A DNA stretch of 64,000 bases from an uncultured Acidobacteriota bacterium (lineage in GTDB: Bacteria; Acidobacteriota; Thermoanaerobaculia; Multivoradales; SZUA-115), in assembly GCA_963805975.1 (NCBI GenBank), contig CAWDVR010000003.1:512001-576000 (forward strand), in the 5' to 3' direction. Each line of letters starts with the position of its first letter. Position 1 is the stretch's first letter. Positions 11,551 to 21,673 of the stretch are shown here, one piece after another. A program made the position numbers and the translations under genes. The notes below the pieces were generated by a model that ran no database searches, was not told the DNA's origin, and was given only the letters and a program-made list of their open reading frames with translations.

Positions 11551-13758
11551 GACGCTCGCTCGCCGGCTTCGCGGTCCTGGCGGTCGCTCTCGCCTGCACC
11601 GGCGGCGGCCGCACGCCTCCCCGTGCGACGACCCCGGCGCCGGTGCCTCCTCCTCCCGGGTCGAGGCCCAGGAGACGCCGCCCGAGAGCCCGGCCCCACC
11701 GGCGCCCGCGGCCCCGGCTCCGCCCGCGCAGCCGGAGAGCGAGCCGCCGCCGGGAGCGGTCGCCAACCCGCCCCCGGTGGCCGGCCCGGCCGCTGCCTTG
11801 CCCCAGCTTCCTCCCCGCATCCGCGTGGGCCTCAAGAGCGATCTTTCCTCGGTGGTGCTGCCGTGCTGCGAGGGCACCCTCTTTCTGGAGTATCCGGGCG
11901 TCAGTGAGCCGCTCTCCTCGCCGATCACGGTCGAGCCGGTGACGAGCGGCGGCGGCACCACCTGGCGACTGCAGGTCGCCGCCCTGCGGGACGAGGCACG
12001 GGCTCGGGAGCACGCGCGGGCGCTCTCGGTGCGGACCGGCCAGCCGGCCGAGGCCCACTTCGACGCCGGCGTCGACCTCTTCCGGGTGCGTCTCGGGCGC
12101 TATGCCACGCGCGAGGCCGCGGACGCGGCGCGGCGCCGGCTCCCGCCCGCCGAGGCGGCCGGGGCCTGGATCGTCGCCGAGGTCACCGACCTCGCCTCAC
12201 CGGCCCTGCGGGTGAAGCAGAACGCGCGCACTTTTCTGGTGCCCGGCCGCCGGCTCGCGGTCGCCGCCGCGGCCCCCGGCGCGGTGCGCGTCGACGGCCG
12301 GCGCTACCGCGACCGTGTGCTCGTCTATCTCAACGACCGCGGCACCCTGAACGTGATCAACGAGCTGCCGGTCGAGGAGTACCTGCGCGGCGTGGTGCCG
12401 AAGGAGATGGGGCCCGACCAGTACCCGCGCCTCGAGGCCCTCAAGGCGCAGGCGGTGGCCGCCCGCACCTATGCGCTGCGCAACCTCGGCCAGTTCGCGG
12501 CCGAGGGCTACGACCTCTGTGCCGGGCCTCGCTGCCAGGTGTACGGCGGCATGGACGTCGAGCACCCGTTCTCCGACCGCGCCATCGCCGAGACCGCGTA
12601 CCAGGTGCTACTCTACGACGGCGCCCTGGCCGACACCCTCTATACCGCCACCTGCGGCGGCCACACGGAGGACGTCGGCGTCGTCTTCCCGCTGCGCCAC
12701 GAGCCCTACCTGCGAGGCGTGCCCTGCATCGAGGCCGGCGCGGTACCGGTCTCCGGCTCGCTCGCCCCGGGGACGCCCTTTCCCCACGGCTTCACCCACG
12801 CACTGTTGCCCACGGGAGGCTCCGCCTCCCCGGGGGGGCTCGCGAGGCCGGCGCGCTCGCGGGGCGCCTGGTGCACTTGGCGGAGCTCGCCGGCCTGGCC
12901 GTGCCGGCGGACCGCCTGGCCTCGCTCGACCGCCGCGAGCTGGGGCGATACCTGCTCTCGCTCTTCGACCTGAAGCTCGACCGCACCTACCTGGCCGAGA
13001 GCGGCCTCCTCAGCGGGCGGCTCGACCAGCCGCTCTCCGAGGCCGAGACCGAGGAGCTGGTGCTGAAGCTGGCCGAGTCCCTGGAGGTGGTGCGAAAGGT
13101 CGAGGCGCGTTTCCTGTCGCGCACGGACGAGACCCTGCGGGTGGAGCAGGACCGGCGCGAGCAGATGTACTCGTTGCCGGCCCGCCTGCCGACGTTTCGC
13201 GTGCGGGGCTCGGCCGGCGGTGGTCTGGCAGGCCCGCCGCTGGCGGCCAACCTCTCGCTGGTGCCGGGAGACCGGCTCCGGCTCTACCTGCGGGGTGCGG
13301 AGCTGGCTGCCCTGGTGCAGGAGGTCGGCGCCGCTGAAGGCGCCTTCGACCGGGCGAGCAAGATGGCCTCGTGGAACCGTTTCAAGAGCGACGGCGAGAT
13401 CGCCGCGCGGGTGGAGGACGAGTTCCCCGGCTTCGGCTTCGCCAGCCTGGAAGTGCTGGACCGCGGCCGCTCGGGCCGGGTGGGAAGAATCCGCCTCCTG
13501 AGCCGGGGAGGGCGGAGCCAGGACGTCCAGGGCCTCGCCGTGCGCTGGCTGCTCGATCTGCCGGAGACCCTGTTCACCGCCCGCCGCCTCACCTCGGCGA
13601 AGGGGGCGAGCGGCTGGCAGTTCTCGGGCCGCGGCTGGGGCCATGGCGTGGGCCTCTGCCAGACGGGGAGCTACGGCCTCGCCGGCCGCGGGCTCTCCTA
13701 CCGCGAGATCCTGGCGCACTACTATCAGGGGTCGGAGCTGGCGCGGGTCCACCTCTAG
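11547..13758 (+). CDS. SpoIID/LytB-domain lipoprotein with a SPOR domain; two apparent frameshifts (about 11658 and 12835)
   Basis: Lipobox LAVALAC; SPOR-like LQVAAL...FRVRLGRY; EEYLRGVVPKEM, EALKAQAVAARTYA, CQVY, GWGHGVGLCQ, ILAHYY. Spread over three frames joined at a CCCGGG and a G7 run. Confidence 0.8.
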
Positions 13759-13854
13759 TCTCCTGGCTTGCTGCCTCGACATATACTCGGCGCCGCGGTT
13801 CGGAGGCCCAGTTCAAGGGCCCTGGTCATCGCCATCCCTGGGAGGTCGTCTGTC

Positions 13855-15621
13855 ATGAGCTCGTCTGCACGCCTGTTTCTCCACGCCGCCGGGTTCGCTC
13901 TCTTGGCCGCGGTCTCGACGTTGCCCGCGGGCGCCGCGGAAGCGCCCTTCGGTCTCACTGCACCGTTGCGAGCCGGCGGGGCCGGTCTCGAGCTGCGGTC
14001 GAGCGCGCCGCCCCCGCTGCGCCTCGCCGAGCGGGCCGGCGTCGCCCCTCTGGCCGAGCTCCGCGCCGCCGCTGTCGCGGCGCAGAGCGAGCTCGGCGAG
14101 GTCACTCTCTGGAACCGCTCCCGCAAGCTCCCGGTACGCAACGGCTTTACCCGCGCACTGCCGGCGGCGCAGCTCGTGGAGCTGCTGCCGGCGCTCGCCA
14201 CCAAGGCGGGCGGCGAGCATGCCGGGGGCCGGTTCGAGCGGGCCGCGGATGGCGCGCTCGTCTGGGGAGCCGCGGTCAAGGTGGAAGGCGCGCACCGCCT
14301 CCGGCTCCACCTCTCCGACCTCGACCTGCCGGCCGAGACCCTGCTCTGGGTCTATGGCGCGGGCGAGGCCGTCGGTCCCTTCGGCATCGAGCTCGCGGGA
14401 CCGCAGGGCGATCTGTGGACGCCCTCGGTGGGGGGCGACACGATCCGGCTGGAAGTGAAGCTGCCGGCGGCGGTCGAAGCGCCGTGCTTCACTCTCGACA
14501 AGGTGTTGGAGCTCTTCGAGCTCACCGCCGACGGCTCACCGGCGACGGGCCCTGCTTTCGCCAAGGGGGCCGCCTGCCTCAACGACGCCCAGTGCGTGGG
14601 CGCCGGTGCGTTCGACGTCATCGATCTGGCGCAGCGCGGCGTGGCGGCGATCGAGTTCGTGGACGGTTTCTTCGGCCTGCTGTGCAGCGGCGGCCTGCTC
14701 AACGACGTCTCGGAGTCGGGGATCCCCTACTTCCTGACCGCCAACCACTGCTTCGACGAGCAGGCGTCGGCCTCGACCCTCGAGGCGTTCTGGGACTTCT
14801 TCACCCCCACCTGCAACGGCACGCCGCCCAACCCCGGCACCCTGCAGCGGAGCAACGGCTCGATCCTGCTCACCAGCTCGGCGCTCGCCGACTTCACCCT
14901 GGTGCGGCTCAACAACATCCCTGCGAGCCGCGTGTTCCTGGGATGGAACGCCAACGCGGTCGCCAACGGCACTCAGCTCCATCGGATCTCGCACCCGCTC
15001 GGTCTCCACCAGCACTACTCGACCACCCGCGTGGACAACGCGGCCGATGTCTGCGGCGGCGCGCCGCGGCCGAACTTCCTCTACGAGTCCTACCAGGGCC
15101 TGGCCAACGAAGGCGCCACCTTCGGCGGCAGCTCGGGAGCGCCCGCGATGCGCGCGGGCGGCGTGGTGGTGGGCCAGCTCACCGGCGCCTGCGGCCCCAA
15201 CCCGCAAGACGGCTGCGACGACTCGAACGCCGAGGTGGACGGCGCGTTCTCGGAGAGCTTCGATTCGATCGCGCCGTTCCTCACCGACACCGCGACACTC
15301 TTCAACGGCCGCTTCATCGTGCAGATGGACTGGCGCGCGAGCGCCGCCAACCCGTTCCAGCCGGCGCGGGTCCTTTCCTCCGGCTCCAACAGCGCCACCT
15401 TCTACTTCAACAACCCGGCCAACTCCGAGGTTCTGCTCAAGGTGCTCAATGCCTGTGCGCTCAACAACCGCTACTGGACCTTCTTCGCGGCGACCACCAA
15501 CGTGCAGTTCGAGATCACGGTGACGGACCTGCAGCGGGGAGTGACCAAGACCTACAGCAACCCACTGGGGAACGCCGCGGCACCGGTGCAGGACACCAAC
15601 GCCTTCGCGACCTGCCCGTAG
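13855..15621 (+). CDS. Secreted trypsin-like serine protease (lysyl endopeptidase-like) with an extra C-terminal beta domain
   Basis: Signal peptide; catalytic triad motifs FLTANHC, ADFTLVRL and TFGGSSGAP; C-terminal ~105 aa domain ending AFATCP. Confidence 0.82.
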   Translation: MSSSARLFLHAAGFALLAAVSTLPAGAAEAPFGLTAPLRAGGAGLELRSSAPPPLRLAERAGVAPLAELRAAAVAAQSELGEVTLWNRSRKLPVRNGFTRALPAAQLVELLPALATKAGGEHAGGRFERAADGALVWGAAVKVEGAHRLRLHLSDLDLPAETLLWVYGAGEAVGPFGIELAGPQGDLWTPSVGGDTIRLEVKLPAAVEAPCFTLDKVLELFELTADGSPATGPAFAKGAACLNDAQCVGAGAFDVIDLAQRGVAAIEFVDGFFGLLCSGGLLNDVSESGIPYFLTANHCFDEQASASTLEAFWDFFTPTCNGTPPNPGTLQRSNGSILLTSSALADFTLVRLNNIPASRVFLGWNANAVANGTQLHRISHPLGLHQHYSTTRVDNAADVCGGAPRPNFLYESYQGLANEGATFGGSSGAPAMRAGGVVVGQLTGACGPNPQDGCDDSNAEVDGAFSESFDSIAPFLTDTATLFNGRFIVQMDWRASAANPFQPARVLSSGSNSATFYFNNPANSEVLLKVLNACALNNRYWTFFAATTNVQFEITVTDLQRGVTKTYSNPLGNAAAPVQDTNAFATCP

Positions 15622-15651
15622 ACAAGGCCGGCCGGACCCGTGCCGGCCGTC

Positions 15652-16410
15652 TTACCGTCGATCCCGGAGAAACGGCAGCTTCTCCCGCACCGCGGCCACC
15701 ACCGTCGGGTCGATCTCGGCGAGGAGCATGGTCTCACCGCCGGCCGCCGTCGCCAGCAGCTCGCCCAGGGGCGAGACGATGCGGCTGTCGCCCACGTAGG
15801 TGAGCGTGCCGCCCTCGCCCACCCGGTTGACGCCCACCACGTAGGCCTGGTTCTCGATCGCGCGGGCGGTGAGGAGCGCCGTCCAGTGGCGGCGGCGGGC
15901 CTCCGGCCAGTTGGCCACCACCAGGTACGCGTCGACCTCCGGCGCCAGGGCCCAGAGCTCGTCGGCGAAGCGCAGGTCGTAGCAGACGAAGAGGCCGAAG
16001 CGCACCCCCTCGATCTCGACCACCGTGCGCTCGCTGCCGGCGCCGTAGCTTTCGTGCTCACCGGCGTAGGTGAAGGGGTGGATCTTGCGGTAGCGGGTGA
16101 GCTCACCTCCCGGGCCGGCGACCACCAGGGTGTTGTAGGGCCGCGGGGCGCCGTCCGGCTGCTCGGGGAGCGAGCCCGCGACCCACAGGCCGTGCTCGGC
16201 CGCCTTTTGGCGTAGGAACGCGGTGCTCGTGCCCTCGGGCGGCTCGGCCACGCGCTCGGAGCGCATGGTGAAGCCGCAGGCGAACATCTCCGGGAGCACG
16301 GCGAGGCGGGCACCGGCCGCCGCGGCGACGGCCAGCCAGGGATCGAGGCGCCGGAAGTTGCCCTCCGGGTCCTCCCAAAGAATGTCCGTCTGGAGGGCGG
16401 CGACGCGCAT
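15652..16410 (-). CDS. Carbon-nitrogen hydrolase (omega-amidase, YafV/Nit2-like)
   Basis: LPEMFACGF, YRKIHPF, VCYDLRF, ANWP, ARAIENQAYVVGVNRVG. Confidence 0.9.
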   Translation of the reverse strand: MRVAALQTDILWEDPEGNFRRLDPWLAVAAAAGARLAVLPEMFACGFTMRSERVAEPPEGTSTAFLRQKAAEHGLWVAGSLPEQPDGAPRPYNTLVVAGPGGELTRYRKIHPFTYAGEHESYGAGSERTVVEIEGVRFGLFVCYDLRFADELWALAPEVDAYLVVANWPEARRRHWTALLTARAIENQAYVVGVNRVGEGGTLTYVGDSRIVSPLGELLATAAGGETMLLAEIDPTVVAAVREKLPFLRDRR

Positions 16411-16434
16411 GCGGCTAACCTACCGCCCTTGCGG

Positions 16435-17637
16435 CTACAGCCGTTCCCTGAGCTTCGCGAGCCTGCGGATGGCCTCGTCGAGCACCGCGTCGTCCTTGCA
16501 GAAGGCGAAGCGCGCCAGGTGCTTGCCGTGCTCGGGGTGGATGTAGAACGAGCGCGGCGGCACGGCGGCGACGCCGTACTCTGCGGGCAGGAGGTTGCAG
16601 AACTCGACGTCGTCGTCGAAGCCCAGCGGGCGGATGTCGGCGAGCACGAAGTAGGTGCCGTCCGGCGGCTCGATGCCGAAGCCCGCCTCGGCGAGGCCGG
16701 CGCACAGCCGGTCGCGCCGTGCACGGTACTGGGCGACGGTGGTCTCGAAGTAGCTGTCGTCCGTGGTCAGGGCCACCGCCATCGCGTGCTGGAAAGGCGT
16801 CGCCTGGGAGAAGGTGATGAACTGGTGGGCCGTACGCAGGACGGCGCTGATCTCGGGCGGCGCCACGCTGTAGCCGATCTTCCAGCCCGTCAGGCTGAAG
16901 GTCTTGCCGGTCGAGGAGATGGTCACCGTGCGCTCGCGCATGCCGGGCAGCGCGGCGAGCGGCACGTGCTCACCCTCGTAGACCAGGTGCTCGTAGACCT
17001 CGTCGCAGATCGCCAGCAGGTCGTAGCGGCGGCAGACCGAGGCGATGTGCTCGAGCTCGGCGCGCGAGAAGACCTTGCCGGTCGGATTGTGCGGCGCGTT
17101 GAGCAGCAGGAGGCGCGTGCGCGGCGAGATCGCCGCTTCCAGCACTCGCGGGTCGTAGCCGAAACGGGGCTCGCGGGGGCCCGCCGAGGTGAGCGGAACG
17201 GCCTTGATCTCGGCGCCGGCCATTTGCGCACTGGCGAAATACGAGTCGTAGAACGGCTCGAAGAGGATCACCTCGTCGCCGGGGTCGACCAGGGCCTGGA
17301 AGGCGGCGAAGATCGCCTCGGTGGCGCCGGCGTAGACGGTGATCTCCTCCTCGGGGTCGTGCTCCAGCCCGTAGAAGCGCTTCTGGTGCGCGGCCACGGC
17401 GCGCGCCAGCTCCATCAGGCCGGAGGTGCGGCAGTACTGGTTCTTGCCGTTGCGGATGGCCGCGATGGCCGCGTCCTTGATGAAGTCCGGGCCGTCGAAG
17501 CCGGGGGTGCCCTGGCCCAGGTTGACGGCATTGTGGAGGGCGGCCAGGCGGTTGACCTCGGTGAAGACCGAGGTCCCCAGGCTGCGAACGCGGAAGGCTT
17601 CGCGGGTCTCCGGCGGCGCGACCTCGGCCAGGCTCAC
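16435..17637 (-). CDS. Class I/II PLP aminotransferase (YbdL / glutamine transaminase-like)
   Basis: AVNLGQGTP, FEPFYDSY, NAPHNPTGKV, DEVYEHL, SSTGKTFSLTGWKIG, ARFAFCK; GTG start overlaps the upstream stop. Confidence 0.9.
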   Translation of the reverse strand: MSLAEVAPPETREAFRVRSLGTSVFTEVNRLAALHNAVNLGQGTPGFDGPDFIKDAAIAAIRNGKNQYCRTSGLMELARAVAAHQKRFYGLEHDPEEEITVYAGATEAIFAAFQALVDPGDEVILFEPFYDSYFASAQMAGAEIKAVPLTSAGPREPRFGYDPRVLEAAISPRTRLLLLNAPHNPTGKVFSRAELEHIASVCRRYDLLAICDEVYEHLVYEGEHVPLAALPGMRERTVTISSTGKTFSLTGWKIGYSVAPPEISAVLRTAHQFITFSQATPFQHAMAVALTTDDSYFETTVAQYRARRDRLCAGLAEAGFGIEPPDGTYFVLADIRPLGFDDDVEFCNLLPAEYGVAAVPPRSFYIHPEHGKHLARFAFCKDDAVLDEAIRRLAKLRERL

Positions 17638-18203
17638 GGGTAGTCGTCCAGTTCGCGGTAGGGGAGCCCGCAGGGATAGAACAGGTTGAACACCGGCTGC
17701 TCGATGATCTCGGCGAAGTGCAGCAGGGTCGGCCCCACGGTCTCGAGCGGCGACTGGCCGGCCTCGACCTCCGCGTACTCGGCGGCCGAGAGGCCCATCG
17801 CAGCCGCCATCTCCTCGACGGTGCGGTGGCGGGGCAGCCCGTCCTGCACCTCCTGGCGCTTCTTGTAGTCGGCGAGGCCGAGCTTCAGCATCTGCGCCGC
17901 TTCCTCGGCGCGCACCGTCTGCTCCAGCCGCTTCTTCTTGAGCTGGGGACCGGCCTGGCCCGGCTGGCAGTCGGCGGACTTGCCGCTCTCGGCCAGCAGC
18001 CGCGAGGTGGGAACGCCGAGCTGGATGGCGGCCTGGGCCAGCTTGAAGCCCCACTCCTCGGCGGGGGAGGCGCCGGCCTCGAGGTTCGAGTAGTCCTCGC
18101 CGGACAGGCCGAGCTTCTCCGCCATCTCGTCGGCAGAGATCGCGGGGTGGCGGGAGAGCCCGCGCCCCTCGCGTTCTTTTCTGAGCACGTCGCCAAGCTT
18201 CAT
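17634..18203 (-). CDS. Protein with tandem XRE-type HTH repeats
   Basis: Repeated units EMAEKLGLSGEDYSNLEAG, EAAQMLKLGLADYKKRQ and EMAAAMGLSAAEYAEVEAG; AAAGGAG RBS. Confidence 0.7.
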   Translation of the reverse strand: MKLGDVLRKEREGRGLSRHPAISADEMAEKLGLSGEDYSNLEAGASPAEEWGFKLAQAAIQLGVPTSRLLAESGKSADCQPGQAGPQLKKKRLEQTVRAEEAAQMLKLGLADYKKRQEVQDGLPRHRTVEEMAAAMGLSAAEYAEVEAGQSPLETVGPTLLHFAEIIEQPVFNLFYPCGLPYRELDDYP

Positions 18204-18290
18204 TGTTGCGCTCCTTTGTCGAGCCGATACACCGATCCCGGCGTTCCGCCTCTAGAGTGCCTGGCGAGCGGCAGGCGTGACAAGCGCCGT

Positions 18291-18385
18291 CCCTCCCCCT
18301 AACCCTCTCCCCGCTCGCGGGGCGAGGGGACCGGAGGTGCGCTCTGGCTCCCTCTCCCGCTTGCGGGAGAGGGGTGGGGTGAGGG
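18291..18385. repeat. REP-like palindromic element (two inverted CCCTCTCCC...GGGAGAGGG hairpin arms), copy 1
   Basis: CCCTCCCCCTAACCCTCTCCCCGCTCGCGGGGCGAGGGG ... CCCTCTCCCGCTTGCGGGAGAGGGGTGGGGTGAGGG; related copy at 61977-62093. Confidence 0.75.
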
Positions 18386-18450
18386 TGCTGGTCGCATTGC
18401 TTGGCTGGAGGCGCCGCGATACCATCGCATCTCTTCTTTAGAGGAGAGCG

Positions 18451-19608
18451 ATGAGCGGCCCCGATTTCTCCTTCACCCCCGAGCAGCGTGCCATCCAGGA
18501 GCTGGCGAGGGACTTCGCCGAGCGCGAGATCGACCCCATCGTCGAGGAGCACGACGAGTCCCAGAAGTTCCCGCTCGAGGTGATGCGGAAGGCCGGGGAG
18601 CTGGGCTTTCTGGGGGTCATTTTCCCGGAGGAGCTGGGCGGTGCCGGCCTGGGCTACGTCGAGTACGTGCTGGTGGTCACCGAGCTGTCGAAGGTGGACC
18701 CGTCGGTGGGGATCAGCGTGGCGGCCCACAACTCGCTATGCTCGAACCACATCTACAAGTTCGGCGACGACGAGCAGCGCCGGCGCTGGCTCGTGCCGCT
18801 GGCGCGCGGCGAGAAGATCGGCGCCTGGGCGCTGACCGAGCCGGGCTCGGGCTCGGATGCCGCCGCGGCGCGCACCACCGCCCGGCGGGTCGAGGGCGGC
18901 TGGGTGCTCAACGGCTCGAAGGCGTTCTGCACCCACGGCTCGGTGGGCGACACCTACGTGGTGATGGCGGTCACCGACCCGGACGGCCGCAAGGGCCACA
19001 ACATCTCCGCCTTCGTCGTCGACCGGGGCACGCCGGGCCTGCGCGCCGGCAAGAAGGAGAACAAGCTCGGCATCCGCGCCTCGGACACCACGGAGGTGGT
19101 GCTCGAGGACTGCTTCGTGGCCAAGGAGAACCTGCTCGGCCGCGAGGGCGAGGGCTTCAAACAGGCGCTGCAGGTGCTCGACGGCGGCCGGATCTCGATT
19201 GCGGCCCTGGGGCTCGGCACGGCGATCGGCGCCTTCGAGACCGCCGTCCACTACGCCCGCGAGCGCGAGCAGTTCGGCCAGCCCATCGCCCAGTTCCAGG
19301 CCGTCGCTTTCATGCTCGCCGAGATGGCCACCCGCATCGCCGCCGCCGAGGTCCTCACCCTGGCCGCCGCGCACGAGATGGACAAGACCGGCCGGGTCAC
19401 GCTCATGGCCTCCGAGGCCAAGCTGATGACCGGCGAGGCGGCGGTGTTCTGCGCCGAGCGCGGGGTGCAGATCCACGGCGGCTACGGCTTCATCAAGGAC
19501 TACCGGGCCGAGAAGTACTACCGCGACTCCAAGATCTGCACCATCGGCGAGGGCACGAGCGAGATCCAGCGGCTGGTGATCGCGCGCCAGCTCCTCAAGG
19601 GCGCCTGA
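18451..19608 (+). CDS. Acyl-CoA dehydrogenase (short/branched chain type)
   Basis: [70 protein letters not shown]. Confidence 0.95.
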   Translation: MSGPDFSFTPEQRAIQELARDFAEREIDPIVEEHDESQKFPLEVMRKAGELGFLGVIFPEELGGAGLGYVEYVLVVTELSKVDPSVGISVAAHNSLCSNHIYKFGDDEQRRRWLVPLARGEKIGAWALTEPGSGSDAAAARTTARRVEGGWVLNGSKAFCTHGSVGDTYVVMAVTDPDGRKGHNISAFVVDRGTPGLRAGKKENKLGIRASDTTEVVLEDCFVAKENLLGREGEGFKQALQVLDGGRISIAALGLGTAIGAFETAVHYAREREQFGQPIAQFQAVAFMLAEMATRIAAAEVLTLAAAHEMDKTGRVTLMASEAKLMTGEAAVFCAERGVQIHGGYGFIKDYRAEKYYRDSKICTIGEGTSEIQRLVIARQLLKGA

Positions 19609-20639
19609 TGCCGGGCGCCGCCGCGCCGGTCGCCAACGGGCTCGATCCTGGGACCGGGCCGGAGGAAGGGGCCGCGATCCTCGAACCCATCCTCGCCGGC
19701 CTGGCGGAGCGCCGGCCGCGGGCCGTGGGCCGCGCCATCTCGCTGGTCGAGGACGGCGGGCCGCTTCGTTCGGAGCTCATCCGCCGGATCTACGGCAACA
19801 CCGGCCGCGCCCGGGTGGTGGGCATCACCGGCCCGCCGGGGGCCGGCAAGAGCACGCTGGTCGACCGCCTGGCCCGACACTGCCGGGCGCGGGGCGAGAC
19901 CGTGGGCATCCTCGCCGTCGACCCCACTAGCCCGTTCTCCGGCGGCGCCCTCCTGGGCGACCGCATCCGCATGCAGGGCCTCTACACCGATCGCAACGTC
20001 TTCATCCGCTCGCTCGCCACCCGCGGCGCCATGGGGGGCCTCTCCCGTGCCACGCACGACGCCGTCAACCTGCTCGATGCCGCGGGTTTCGACTGGGTGC
20101 TGCTCGAGACCGTGGGCGTGGGCCAGGACGAGGTGGACGTGGTGCGCAGCGTGGACACCGTGGTGGTGGTGACCGTGCCGGGCCTGGGGGACGACATCCA
20201 GGCGATCAAGGCCGGCATCATGGAGATCGCCGACGTCTTCGTCGTCAACAAGGCCGACCGCGAGGGCGTCGAGCGCACCACGCGCGACCTGGAGGTGATG
20301 CTCTCGCTCTCCGACACCCGCGGCTGGCGGCCGCCGATCGTCAGGACCGTGGCCTCCCGCAGCGAGGGCATCGAGCAGGTGGTGACCGAGATCGAGCGCC
20401 ACCGGGCCTGGCTCGCCGAGAGCGGCGAGCTCGAGGCGCGGCGGCGGGCCCACCTGCGCCTGCGGGTGGAGGCGATCCTCAAGGAGCGGGTGCTGGCCGC
20501 GGCCGAGGAGGGCGAGCGGCTGGACCGCGAGGTGGCCCATTCCTTCGCGGCGGGGATCGACCCCTACCGCACGGCGGAGCGGCTGTTTGCCGAGGTGGTC
20601 GCCGAAGAGCGCGGCGCGGGCGAAGAGGAGGGCGCATGA
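19608..20639 (+). CDS. meaB: Methylmalonyl-CoA mutase-associated GTPase MeaB
   Basis: GITGPPGAGKSTL, AVDPTSPFSGGALLGDRIRM, ETVGVGQDE, GDDIQAIKAGIMEIAD, VNKAD. Confidence 0.95.
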   Translation: MPGAAAPVANGLDPGTGPEEGAAILEPILAGLAERRPRAVGRAISLVEDGGPLRSELIRRIYGNTGRARVVGITGPPGAGKSTLVDRLARHCRARGETVGILAVDPTSPFSGGALLGDRIRMQGLYTDRNVFIRSLATRGAMGGLSRATHDAVNLLDAAGFDWVLLETVGVGQDEVDVVRSVDTVVVVTVPGLGDDIQAIKAGIMEIADVFVVNKADREGVERTTRDLEVMLSLSDTRGWRPPIVRTVASRSEGIEQVVTEIERHRAWLAESGELEARRRAHLRLRVEAILKERVLAAAEEGERLDREVAHSFAAGIDPYRTAERLFAEVVAEERGAGEEEGA

Positions 20640-21073
20640 TCCGAGGCATCGACCACATCGGCATCGCCGTCGCCTCGATCGCAGAGGCGCGGCGCTTCTA
20701 CGAGCTCCTGGGGCTCAGCGTCGAAGCCATCGAGGAGGTGCCGCACGAAGGAGTGCGCGTCGCCATGATCCCGGTCGGCGGCCTGCGCATCGAGCTCCTG
20801 GAGCCGCTCTCGGCCGACTCGACCGTCGGCCGCTTCCTCGCCAAGCGCGGGCCGGGCATCCATCACGTGTGCATGGCAACGGACGACGTGGCCACCGCCT
20901 CCGCGGAGCTACGGGCGGCGGGCCTGCCGCTCCTGCGCGAGGAGCCAACCGCGGGCGCCGGCGGCAGCAAAGTGCAGTTCGTCCACCCCAAAAGCGCCGG
21001 CGGGGTGCTGTACGAGCTGGCGGAGAGGGGGGCTCGAGTGCCTGGCGCGCCGGTGGGTCACAAAGGCAAATAG
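20636..21073 (+). CDS. mce: Methylmalonyl-CoA epimerase
   Basis: IDHIGIAV, IELLEP, FLAKRGPGIHHVC, FVHPKSAGGVLYEL. Confidence 0.93.
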   Translation: MIRGIDHIGIAVASIAEARRFYELLGLSVEAIEEVPHEGVRVAMIPVGGLRIELLEPLSADSTVGRFLAKRGPGIHHVCMATDDVATASAELRAAGLPLLREEPTAGAGGSKVQFVHPKSAGGVLYELAERGARVPGAPVGHKGK

Positions 21074-21408
21074 AGGACTTGGCCCTCCATGTCGGCCTCG
21101 TCGTGGTACTCAACTACGAACACCAGCTCTTCCACCGCCTGACCTATCGCGAAGGGGTGGACGATCTCGATCACCCCAGGCATGGGAAGGCCAGCCTCGA
21201 CGCGCTCGAATGCGAATCGCGTCATCGTTGCCACGTCATGAGTCACTACGACTCGATGCTCGATCGCGGCCCAGGCCAGGATCTCGGGATCGGGCAGTCC
21301 GGGTCGGAGGACCCTCTGCACCCTGACGATGTCGGCTGCAGGAAGTCTCCTCAGCAAGCCGCGAACGATGTTGCCGTCGAGGTTCTCGTCAGCCAGGAGG
21401 CGCAGCAT
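21058..21408 (-). CDS. DUF5615-family PIN-like toxin
   Basis: LRLLADENL, DPEILAWA, VVVTHD, MPGVI. Confidence 0.85.
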   Translation of the reverse strand: MLRLLADENLDGNIVRGLLRRLPAADIVRVQRVLRPGLPDPEILAWAAIEHRVVVTHDVATMTRFAFERVEAGLPMPGVIEIVHPFAIGQAVEELVFVVEYHDEADMEGQVLYLPL

Positions 21409-21415
21409 GGAAGGC

Positions 21416-21610
21416 TCAAGCCGACTTGCGCGCGAGCAGGCGCCGGCGGAGCTCCGTGAACGGAGATCGTTGCTCCGCTAGGGCACGAGCCGCCTCAGAC
21501 TCACGCCGCTGGCTCCTGAGATACGCGTCAACGTCGTCTCGATGGGCCATATAGAAGCTCAGCGCCGCGTACACCGAGGGCCACGCCGGGCTGCTCGATC
21601 CCGCCGGCAC
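21416..21610 (-). pseudogene. Truncated DUF433-family antitoxin (C-terminal part only)
   Basis: VYAALSFYMAHRDDVDAYL resembles the DUF433 C-terminal helix. The N-terminal GTR(I/V)xV region seen in the intact copy at 63089 is absent. Confidence 0.6.
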
Positions 21611-21673
21611 AGAGCCTCCCCGCCAAGCTCCCCTGAAGGGTCAACGGCGCGGACGACGGGCGCTCGCGCCGCG

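Noticed and set aside
11547-13758. Programmed frameshifting or phase variation in spoIID (G7 tract at 12832-12838)
   Set aside because: Similar breaks occur in the LolC/E-like gene and repeatedly in recQ, mostly at G/C runs. This fits long-read consensus error better. Read mapping would be needed to revive the idea.
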